DNA of 64,000 bases from Basidiobolus meristosporus CBS 931.73. Taxonomy: Eukaryota > Fungi > Basidiobolomycota. The translations under genes were made by a program, and so were the position numbers. Location: positions 1 through 64,000 of the forward strand of contig MCFE01000323.1 in the NCBI GenBank assembly GCA_002104905.1, in the 5' to 3' direction. This document shows, piece after piece, positions 49,801-61,600 of this stretch (position 1 is its first letter; every line of letters starts with the position of its first letter). The notes beneath the pieces were generated by a model. It saw nothing but the letters and a program-made list of their open reading frames with translations, did no database searches and was not told the origin of the DNA.

Positions 49801-50387
49801 ACTGAGACATATACTTCACCAAAATGTTCAGTAAAGCTTATTTATACATTTCTGATCAAGCTGAGTTAGTAAGCACCAAGAGACTGGGTGAATGGAAATC
49901 AATTTGGGCAATGACAGGTTCACAAGATATTTGAAAATTGCATCACCAGTTAGTTGACGCCTAGGCAATTACTGAGTAGTTGTATAGATTGCAGATAACT
50001 ATCTACTTAAAAAGGCTTGGAAGATCAGCCAACAACATAATGGCCATATGATATTGATCATGTGTTACGGTTGAAAGTTGATTTTGAGATGGATTAGAAC
50101 AGACCATAACTGGTATTGGTTATGTTTGGGTTAGGGAACAACAGTTAGGGTACTAAATCTTCCAACAGATTAAGGTTAGCTTGGTTGAGATCATAATGCA
50201 CAACATTACTTCCTTGTAGAAGAGGAGTCTTCTGATACCTTCTGGGTTGCCCTGTGGCCCCAATAGAGAGCAATAAAGTCAAAATCATCAAAGTTGGTGT
50301 AAGCTTTATAGGTGCTGAGTTTGGCCTTAATACCTTTGCACTTGACTAAATAAAAGCAAAATGGTTCTTCTCCATCATCCAGGTATC

Positions 50388-53300
50388 CAGAACATGAAAA
50401 TTCTCACAGTTGTCCAAACAGCCCCAAGCTTTGCACACATGTGCTTGAGACCTTCCTTAATTTATTCTATGTGCTTGTAATGCCAAGACCATGTAAAAGT
50501 ATAAATACTACTTTTATATTCAATAAATCATTGAGTGAAAACTACATAATCTACTTGTCCTCCCAATCACTTCCAACATCTCCAATACTCTTACAGCAGG
50601 TTTTGAGCCCCAAGCTGTCACTCTCTGCAATATCTACTATTGCTATTACTGGAACTTTTCCCTCTGCTGAAAAGTTGGATGGAACTAACTACCAATTGAG
50701 GGAGGTGAAGATGAAGATGCTGCTACAAAAAAGAGGCCTTTGGGATATTGTCATAGGAGAAGAATGCTCTCCTAAAAACATGGCAGAGGAAGCCTCAAAG
50801 TACCAGAAGAAAGAAAAAAGTGCCTTTAACTGCATTTGCCCTAATGTCAAAGACAAATTGCTAATTCAATGCTCAAAAGCAAAAACGGCAAAGAATGCTT
50901 GGAAGGCATTAGAAGACACCTACCAGTCATGTTCAGCTGCTAAGAAAATGTATCTGAGACAAATATTCTTTACTTTAAAGATACTGCTGGGAGAAGAAAT
51001 GAAAAATCTAGTTAACAGAATTACCCTGCTATTGGGTGCAATGGAATTTGTGGGTGTATCTACTACTGATGTGGATGTGATAATTACCATCCTGAATAGC
51101 CTGACAGACAAGTTTCAGGGCCTTGTATCAGCTATAGAGTCCAGAACTGATGATTTGACCTTAAATTGCATTTATGGAAGGCTCCTGGATGAATAATTAG
51201 GAAAATAAAGCGCCAATAAGAAGCAAGAAGAAAATGCTTTAATAAGCAATGATAACCAACAAAGGAGGTGCCCAGGACCCTAAAAGGGCAAGAGCAACCT
51301 GCTTGGTAACTACTGCAAAAGGAAAGAACATACATCAGACCGGTGCTTCAGAAAGAGTGATAGTCAACAGACAAAGCTTGAATATGGAAATGCTGCAATA
51401 ACTAAAGATTGACTATTCATATCTGCACTGAATATGACCACAAACAAAATTCTCAGACATGGTTTATTAACTCTGGAGCATCTCAGCACTTTACATACCA
51501 AAAAGAACTGTTTACCCAGTATCAAGGAATACCAATTAACAAGGTTTTTATTGGTGACAATAGGACAATTGATGCAGTGGGAGAAGGAACTATCCAAGTA
51601 AACCTTAGAAGCAGTGAAGGAAGCCATACACTGACCTTTAAAGATTTACTCTATGTATCAGAAATAGCCAAGTACCTACTATCTGTGAGCAAGGCCATTG
51701 AAGAAGGACTTAGTCAACTTTGACAATTCTGGATGCAAGAGCACTGATCAAAATGGTGGCCATATTGCTTTGGGTATCAGAGATTGGAATCTGCACAAGT
51801 TGACTTATATTCCATTATATTTGTAAGCCAATATAAGTAACTTAAATGAAGAAACACCAAAGCTTTGGCACAGGAGATTTGGGCACACCAGTTTTGATTT
51901 TTTGCGCAAAATGATCAAAGATCAGCTAATTTTGGGAGTAAATATTGATCCCCCAGCTAATTTGGAGCACTGTGAGTCTTGCATATATGGGAAACAAGCC
52001 AGACAACTGTACAAAAGCTCTGGGTTGATCAAAACTAAGAAAAAACTAGATCAAACTCACTTGGATCCATGTGGTCCTATGCAGAAATTATTCTTAGGCA
52101 GGATGCAGTATTCAAACACTGTGATTGATGATTATACAAGATACATGTGGGTTTACTTCACGGAGAGAAACAAAGAAGCTCTGTTTAGGTTCAGGGAGTT
52201 TAAAGCTATGGTGCAGAGAGAAATTGGTGAAAAAATCAAGAAAATACGCTCTGACAATGGTGGACAATATACCTCAAAACTCTTCATCCACTTGTGCAAA
52301 ATTCATGGGATAAAGCAAGAGACTACTATACCATACTCCCCACAGCAAAACAGAGTAGCAGAAAGTGCTAATCAATCAATAATTGTTATGGCAAAATCTA
52401 TGATCCATGATCAAAACTTATCCTATGATTTTTGGGTGGAATCAGTTGCCACTGCAGTATACCTTGAAATTAGGAGTTACAACAGAAAACCTCATTACTT
52501 TACTCCATTTGAAGCATGGTATAGGTACAGACTAAGCACAGAACATCTCAGAATACTTGGGAGTACACCATATGCCAGGAAAATGCCCTGAAATCAATCA
52601 AAATTTGGGCCAAAAAGTGTAAAATGCATATTGCTGAGTTACTGCAATGAGAGTAAAGCCTTTAGACTCTACAATACCAAAGCAAAGAGGCTGATCAAGT
52701 CCAGGGATGTGCTGTTTGATGAATATTCAAAACTTTCACAACAAATTACATTAGATGATGACAAAAATCTGATCTCAAGTCCACCAATTGTCAGGATTGA
52801 ATCAGAGCAAAACACTGAGAATTTTTTCACTCCTGAGGACTCTAAAACAATGATTCAAGCAGAATCAGTGCCCAGGAATATCCTAGAAGTGATCATTCCA
52901 GTATCAAATGCCAGCAGATCCATTTGAACAAGAAATAGCCCAAATTACTATATCAATGAGGGTACAAACTTAGCCTATGCCTATTCAGCCCATATCTATG
53001 AGCCCCAGACTGTAAAAGAGGCCCTAAATAGCCCTCAGACAGAGTTTTGGAGATTTGCAATGACTGATGAATATCAGGCCCTGATGGCAAATCAAATGTG
53101 GTACTTAGTCAAATTACCAATCAACCAAAAATTAATTGGATGCAGGTGGGTCTTTAAGACAAAATACAAGGCTGATGGCTCAATTGATAGATACAAAGTA
53201 AGACTTGGGGCCAAAGAATACTCTCAAACAAAAGGACTTGACTATACTGAGACCTTTGAACCAGTAGCCATGTTTAATTCCATCAGATTGATATTGGCTA

Positions 53301-55109
53301 TTGCTGCCAAATACAAGCTTTTATTCATCAAATGGAAGTAAAAGCTACATTTTTGAATGAAGAAGTTGATGAGGATGTGTATATGGACCAGCCAGATGGG
53401 TTTGCTGACCAAGATAACCCCCAATTGGTTTGGAAGTGTAAAAATCTCTATATAGTCTCAAACAATCACCAAAAGCCTGGAACTGCAAAATAGATTCTTA
53501 TTTGAGGTTTTTGACTTTTAAAAGGAGCAATGTGGACTATAGTATATACTAGGCTTTTTCCATTGCGCCATTGATCATAGTGCCAGAAAGTGCTCTATAT
53601 TTTGTTATCAATTTGATATTTCAGGATCATATGCATGTCAATTTTGATCCCAAATTGGCACTGTATGGCACCATCTGGCATGCTATGGCACTATTGGTCA
53701 CTATAATCAGCTGGAATGATGGGACAAGTCTAGTATAAGCTAGATAGAGCAAATCTAGTTCCATTAGCTCTATATGTGGATGATCTTATTATAGCCTCCA
53801 ATAACCTAGCAACATTGGAAGAGACTAAATCCAGCCTATCTAAGGAGTTCAAGATGTCCAATCTAGGAGAACTCAGTCACTACTTAGGGATTAATTTCTC
53901 CATAGACAGAAGTACCCAGACTAGCACTCTAAGTCAATCCAAGTATATTCAAGACATACTAAAGGAGTACCAAATGGAAGACTGTAAACTGGCAGCTACC
54001 CCAATGGAGACAAACCTTAACTTGGTCAAATTCAGCCAAATCAAGAGAGCTTGATACCATCTGAAAGCCCTGAATTTCCTTATCAATCTATGGCCAGCAG
54101 TCTGATGTATATCATGTTTGGAACATGTCCAGATATCCCATATTCAGTGGGAGTTATCAGCCAACACAATCAAATCAATGGATATAATCATATTGCAGCA
54201 GTCAAGTGGATTTTTAGATACCTAAAAAGAAATGCTGATATCTGCTTAAGATACACTTATAAGGACTCAGAACAGGAACTTTTGGGATACTCTGATGCAA
54301 ACTGGGGACAAAATTTGGAAGACAGAAGATCCACAATAGGATACACCTTTCTTTACTGTGAAGGAGCACTTTCATGGAGCCCAAGAAAGCAACCACCATC
54401 ACACTTTCTACCACAGAGGCAGAGTACATGGCAGCCTGTAAAGCTACAAAAGAAGTAATGTGATTAAGAAAGCTTTTTACAGATTTAGGCCTATATCAAA
54501 ACACACCAATTGCATTGTTTCAAGATAATCCAGGATGTATACAATTAGGTAGAAATCCAACTTTTCTTGCTAGAACTAAGAACATAGATATCAGGCATCA
54601 TTTCATATGTGAAACTATAGAGAATAACTTTTTTGCTTAGTTGACTGTCCTTCAGATGAAATTATTGCAGACATATTTACCAAACCATTAGCTAGAGGCA
54701 AACTTGAATATTTTAGGTCAAAATCAGGACTAGTCAGTATGAGCATTTAGCTGAGTGGAAGTGCTGTAAAATTTGTAATTCCACCTAAATATTCACCTAA
54801 CTTTGTCACTTAGATTAATACATTCAAATCCTAAAAATTACTGACCAAATTTCTTGTTGGGATTTACTTATAATATTTTCACCAAAATACCAGGTACCCA
54901 GGACCTGAAAATTCTCAAAGTTGTCCAAACAGCCCCAAACTTTGCACACATGCTCTTGGGACCCTCCTTAATCTGTTTTATGTGCTTGTAATGCCAAGAC
55001 CATGTAAAAGCATAAATATTACTTTTAGACTCAATAGATCATTAAGTAAACACCTCATAATCTACTTGTCCTCCCAATCACTTCCAATATCTCCAAGACT
55101 CTTACAACA
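50388..55109 (+). mobile_element. Decayed Ty1/Copia LTR retrotransposon; partial 5' LTR (~50388-50598), 3' LTR ~54765-55109
   Basis: Gag LDGTNY..LWDIV, CCHC-like knuckle, WFINSGASQH protease, integrase HLDPCGP/SDNGGQY, RT WVFKTK..LYVDD, RNase H GYSDANW. Order PR-IN-RT-RH; many stops and frameshifts. GGTTTTGAGCCC PBS-like site at 50599; LTR copies clearly diverged. Confidence 0.92.
53551..53731. mobile_element. 181-bp MITE related to the Pangu-like family, inserted in the Copia RT
   Basis: AGGCTTTTTCCATTG..ATGATGGGACAAGTCT termini, GGCACTAT-type repeats, flanks ACT/AGT. Removing it restores DYSIYYKLDRANLVPLALYVDD. Confidence 0.8.
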
Positions 55110-55111
55110 AT

Positions 55112-55500
55112 ACTGACTAGTCCTTATTCTGACTTGAAATACTCAAGGTTGTCTCTGGCTAATGGCATGGTAAATATGAATGCATCCATTTCATCTCAAG
55201 GACTGCAAGCCAAGTTAACTTAGTTATTCTCTGAAGCTTCACATATGAGGTGATGTTTAGTATCTTTGTGATTAGTTCTGGCCTGAAAAGTTGGATTTCT
55301 ACCCAATCTCATACATCCTTGATTATCTTGAAATACGGTAATAGGTGTTTTTTAAAATATACTTAAGTTTTGAAATAGCTTTCTTAGCCACATCACATTT
55401 TTTGTAGCCTTGCAGGCTGCCATACACTCTGCCTCTGCAGTAGAAAGTGCTTTGGTTGGCTGCTTTCTTGAATTCCATGAAATTGCTCCCTTACAGTAAA
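55112..55500 (-). mobile_element. Second Copia fragment (RNase H end), inverted against the first
   Basis: Minus strand encodes GAISWNSRKQPTKALSTAEAECMAACKATK, homologous to 54360-54460. Confidence 0.75.
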
Positions 55501-55699
55501 GAAATATACTTGCTCATTTGGATAGTGCCACATTGAGCCATCAGTGCCCAATAGTGCCATTGTGTGCCATTGAGGCCAAGTAGACCTACACTTGGCAACA
55601 GACTGTAATGCTTCATAAACTACATAAAATGCAGCCCTTATGTTTCATGTACTGTGCTGGAGAAAAGTCATTTTTTGACCTTTTTTTTAGGATCAATTT

Positions 55700-58600
55700 T
55701 GTACCTGACATCTAAGTGCACAGAAGGACTGAATATGGAGACACCTAAGCCTTGAGCATTAATCAGTTGAGCATTCACAATGTGTTGGTAATCAGTAAGG
55801 TAAGCCAATATTGGGTTGGATGGAACAAGTTGCTAATCCTTACTAGTGCAACTTTACCAAAGTATACCAGGTACCTCCAGAGTATTAAACAATTTATCCA
55901 CCATTCAATTTAAAAATCACACAAACATGAGCTGGAGCACACACTTAAATGAGACTAGAGTCAAGCCAAGGTAAAGAATATATTGGCCATGTAAAAAGAA
56001 GTGCTTTGCAGATATTCAGGAGGTATTGATTGCAAGAGATGTTATGTTCAACACCCCTTTGAGAAATGACTGCATTAATACTGTCAAAAGGCCTTCACAA
56101 ATTCTAATCCTATGACTAAGCCAAACTAATTTCATTAGGGCACCTTGTGAAGATTGTAAAAAATATTGTCCTCAGATTTCACACGCAACATGGTCAAAAC
56201 TTTTCAGCACAACTATACCACTGTGAAAAATAATTGTGATGATCCTGTCAAAAAGCAGTCACAAAGTTTAAACCCCATGACTTTGAGGTATTGATGCCAT
56301 GGGGCCACTGTGTAAAGACTGTTTCAGGAATTGCACCTTTGACTTCACAAAATTTCTGTTCAGAATTTTTCATCAGAACAATTTATAAGTGGCTTTGGAT
56401 TAGCTCTGTGGCAATTCTTTACTTTATAATCTTGGACATGCAACAGCCTCCTATGATTGTGTACACTGATTGGATATTGCCCTTTTTTGCACTCCTTACT
56501 TGATGACGCAGATAATGCTCTTACTTTTTCTCTCTATTATGTAATGCTACTGGCTGAGCATCCAACTCTTCTGAGAGCAGCTGTTGTCTTATTGATAATT
56601 CTTCTTGAATATTATGGGGTTCATATTGTTCTGGGTTGATAGTACTGATTGGTGGGCACTGCTGTATTTCTATTGCACTTCTCTGCCTCTGGCTTTGGTA
56701 GCCTTTTTTTCCTTTACCTACACCACACTCACAACCAGGTCTTTCACTGCAAATCTAATTGAGTGCTTCTTGTGTTGATCTATGTTTTCATATTGATAAA
56801 TGATAGCTGGTACTATGTATCAGCAGACCAAGAAAGGGCCATGCATTTTTGTGGCATGGTACATACCTCTGGAGCTAGATTCAGAGTACCATGCATAGTG
56901 AGTATCAAGTGCATGTCTTCAGTCAATATGTGCTTTTCCCAATCATAAATAACTAGGTCCCATGAGTAGATCTGCCATCATGAGACCATTATTATATCAG
57001 CAGCTTGGAATTAATGGCCCTGTACAAAATCTCATAATGGGATCATTACATCATTTGGCCAACTTTATTGCCTAATAAATCTAAAAAAATTACAGTGCTA
57101 AGCAGTGTCTTGCCAAGTGTAGCATGGCATTGTTGCAGTGTTAGAATGCTCTACAACTATCTGAGTGGATATAACCAGCCAGTACAGCCAATGCCTGATA
57201 TGGCAAAAAATATGACTGCGTTTTGATGGCTTTATTGCAAGCCTCTAGTGGTATTGTTACAGCAGTCTCCATTCAGCCCAATATTGGCTTACCAAGATGA
57301 TTACCTGTGCATTAGGGCTGCTTAGCTTCATAATGCCATAGAAATAGGTGTCTCCATGTGCATATCTGTCCTCAGTATTTTCCAACTCTTCCTGGTTTTT
57401 CTCCATGCACCAACTCATCACATTAGTGACAGACCTAAAGGTAATAAGCCTGATGAGATTGGGATATGGTAGTACTAGCAACTTGACTTGTCTTCCTACC
57501 ACCCCACCCATCTACTACATAGGAAACTCCCAAAAGGTGAAGTAAGGTCTAATATTCTCAACACACCATACAAAATGGATTACTGAATGGACACAGTAGT
57601 GGCAGAGATATATGCATTCAGCTTTATGCTTGTAGTATGGCAACTTAAATCCAATCACAAACTCCTGCACCAATGCTGTGGATGTGTATAGTTGGCATTG
57701 GTGATCTGCTTCTGGATAAGTATTACTACCATGTCCACATATTACTTCAATGCTTCCAATGTACTCTTGGTAGATATGACTTCAGAAGGCCACTGGAAAA
57801 AGCATATTTCTACTCAAGAAGCGCTCAGTCAAAGTAGCAGTGAAGGACCAGGCAGTGATAAAAACCAGCAGCTACCTAGAGGGCTTGTCACAGCATGGGC
57901 TGCAAGCTCAAACCAGTGGGAAAGTGTGGTGAGCTTGCCTGCAGAGTACCAGCAAGAGACAAGCAGGCCAAAGCAGATGCATGAGAGTAGCATTAACCAA
58001 GGAGAAAATTTAGTTCAATACCAGAAGCACTCAGACAAAGTTGCAGTGAAAGACCTGGTGATGATAAATGAAAAGGTAAAGGGAAAAAAGTGTATTCAAG
58101 CCAGAGACAGGGAAGAGTTAGAGAAAAGCTGCAGGTTTTTCCAATTATCACTGTAAGCCCAGAATAGACTGAATCCTATCATTGCCAAGAAGAATTACCA
58201 GCAAGGAAACAGCTGTTTTCAAAAGAGTTGGAAGTGCAGCCAGCTGAGCTACATTGCAGTGTGGTAGATGAGTTTGCAGAGAAAGGCAATTTGTCTACCA
58301 CAGCCTCCATGTCCTCCATTGTTCAAAGAGTGGAGATCCCACCACAGAAAAAGTAACAACATCAAGAACTCAAAAGATTATCGCAATGCCTTCAATGGAA
58401 TTCTGGAACATTAGTAGGCACACCAAGAGGTTGCTGCACTTCTTCAAGAGCAATGCTCATGAAAGCACACTAAATATTGCAAGGATTCATTGCAAAGACT
58501 GGTAGATGAGGTGTAAGACCTTGCAGAGCTGGCTGAAGACCAGCACATATGGGAACCAGTGAGTGAACAGTAACATAAAGCTTGTGATATTACATATACA

Positions 58601-61600
58601 TGTGTATGTGTTGCCACAGCTTTTTTGATCATGCATACTATAGCAGGTCATCATTGAATCTTACAATCATGTAGGTGCAATGTCTCAGATACAAGACTGT
58701 CTTATGTTTGCATGAGTAATGACAAACAAAGTGATATAATAGCATGACATTGTTGAGTGCTGAGCTGTTTGCCCTATAGACAAGACTATTTTGATTCAAC
58801 ACCGTAAGAGAAGCAAGAAAAGTCCATGTGGCTATTGTAGCAAGCCTCTCAGCCATGAAGCAAGCAGTCAGCATAAGAGGTATTAAGAGGAACATGGCCA
58901 GTGTTTAGCTACACTGTGATATTTGACCATTTACTAGTCACCGCTGTACCTATACTATCTTGCTTGCCACTTGATACTTAATTACTTGCACCTGGCTGTA
59001 CTTGTTACCTTGCTCAAACTGAGTCAAGAGAGTTTGTAATGTTTTAGGCTCACCCCAGTCTTCTGAACATGACAAGCAGAGTGATAGCACTGAAGAAGCC
59101 GGCTCACTGATTGATTATTAGCCTATCTTCCCTGACAACAGTACCCTGCATGAGCCTGGCAAAATCCAATTATGCAATGAGACATTACCTGGGAAAAAAT
59201 GCCAAGGATACTTCATGAGGTCACGTGAGCCCAGTAATCCATCTACTGGTGAATGATTTGATGTTGTGGCTGGAGACATGATGCGTTTCATCTTATATCT
59301 GCAATGGGGGCGTTGAGGATTTACTACCACTTCTTGTCAAAAACATGCTGGGATGTAACTTACTATATACTTGGTATAAATGGACAACTGCTGTCTGGAT
59401 GGCAACATATGACCCTGAAACTGTCCTGATACCAGCAAGTGTTAGCTGCTGCATGGCATTCACATCAGAAAATGCCACTATTGCAATGTGTCCAGCTTGT
59501 CATGAACCCACCACTGTTGTGGGAAACCATTGTTCACACTCCAGATTTATTCCAGTAATACCCTGTCTAAAGAAGCTCATGCAGTCCAACAAATATTGCA
59601 AAGCTATAAAGTACCACACTCAGTATCCATCAAGCTCAGATATATCTGATCTATTTGATGGAAATATTACAAATAGCTAAGAAGCAAAGGCTACCTTGAA
59701 TGTATGTATGACCATGCCTTTGCCTTGGCCCTTGATGGATTCTCATTAAACAAGTGCACTACCAGCCAATCCAGCTGCCTACTAAATTGCCTCAACCTGC
59801 TTCTGCCACCTATCCTATAGTATCAGAGCCAAAATCCAGTTGTAATCTCTCTGGTACTTGGGCCTTGATCACTATCCACCTGGATACTACCTGAATCCAT
59901 TGCTGGATGATTTTGTCAACTTTCCAGCTGGACAACAATAAATGGCCATCATGTCAATGCTCACATTATTATCTGCATTGGAGATACCCAGCCAGCAGCA
60001 AGATAGCCAGCTTTTCTAGGCACAATGAACGGTATTGCTGTCAGATGCAAAGTTGGTAAGTTAAAGTCATTGGCTATAATATGGAATTAATTGCAAATCA
60101 GAGATACTCAAGATGGAGGATATCTCTTGGAGCAAAAGCTTTCCACTTAGAGCAATGCATCTGCTTTTTGGCAATACCCCCATACCAATAACCAAGATAT
60201 ATAGGGGATATTCCAAGCTAAATGGGTCCTTCAAGATACTGGAGAAATTTGAAAGAATTGGCAAGGTATTACAGAGTATAGGCTACCCTAAGCACTTCTC
60301 ATGGGCTCCAATCAACATTCATATGCATATGCAACAATACAAGTGAAGGACTGAGTGAGCTGGATGTGTTTTTATTTGAGTGGCCTTCTGAAGCCATTTA
60401 AACCAAGATTACATTGGAAGCATTGGGAGTTATATGTGAACATTGTAGGAAAATTTATCCAGAAGCAGATCACCAATGCCAACTTGACACATCTACAGCT
60501 GTTGTGTGAGGAGTCTGTAACAGGATTTGAGCAGCTATACTACTATTGTTGGGGAAGATAGGCTCACAATCCATCAGCGAGTCTGCTTTTTCAGAGCTAT
60601 CACTCTGCATTCCGTATTCAGAAGACTTGGGTGAGCCTAAAGGCATCACAAACTCACCTGACTCAGTTTGCTAATGGTGACAAGTATGACTAGGTACTGT
60701 TATAGAAGTATTGAGTAGCTGGCTAAATATTATTAGTACAGCAGTGAATGGTGCATGGCCAAATATGACTTTTGTGACAATACTCTAACACTGATCCTTA
60801 CAATACTTCCTATGCTGTCTGTGTGTTTCATAGCTGAGAGGCTTGCTACAATAGCCACAGGGTCTTTTTTCTCTTTTTGTACAGTGCTAAATCAAAGTAG
60901 TCTTGTAAATGGGGTAAACAGCTTGACATTCAATAACAAAACACTATTTTATCACTTTTGGTCAATACTCATGCTTCTCTTATGGTATTGAATCAAAGTA
61001 GTCTTGGCCATGAGGTAAACAATTGGATACTCAACAATGTAACAGTATTATATCCCTTTTTATCAATACTCATGTGAATTTGAGTCAGTCTTGTGCTTAA
61101 AATTTTGCACCTAAATGAATGTAAGAATTAGCAATGACCTGCCATGGTAAGCATCAGAGATAAAGTTGTGGCACCACAAACACACAAATATGTAACACCA
61201 TTTCCCCTTTGGTTTGACTCACTTCCATATATACGCTGCCAAGAAATAAAGCAAAGTTGTATGGTTCTCAACTAATCCCACCTCTGACAGAAGCAGAAAA
61301 GGAGTTGGACAAAAGCTTGCTTTGACATTTAGTGAAACAAGCTGCGCTACAACCAAAAAGGGCCCTGTGAGCGGTGTGCCCACTGAAGGTAATAATGTGG
61401 GCTCCTCAAGCTTGCACTCAAGTAGGCAATTGGAATCTCTGCAGAGCCACAAGCTGACCATAATGCTGATGCAAATTTAGCAAAAGCAGTACCTTAAGAT
61501 GAAGGCCAGCCTGTGTCCATTGAAACATCACCACCACCTGTATCAGCAAATATATTGTTAGCTCTGCCAAAGCATTAATGAGGCAATTATGTGCAGTGGC

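Noticed and set aside
49560-50380. AT-rich segment before the Copia with a faint gag-like GPQGNPEG..RR stretch on the minus strand
   Set aside because: Too degraded to assign; no termini or continuous frame.
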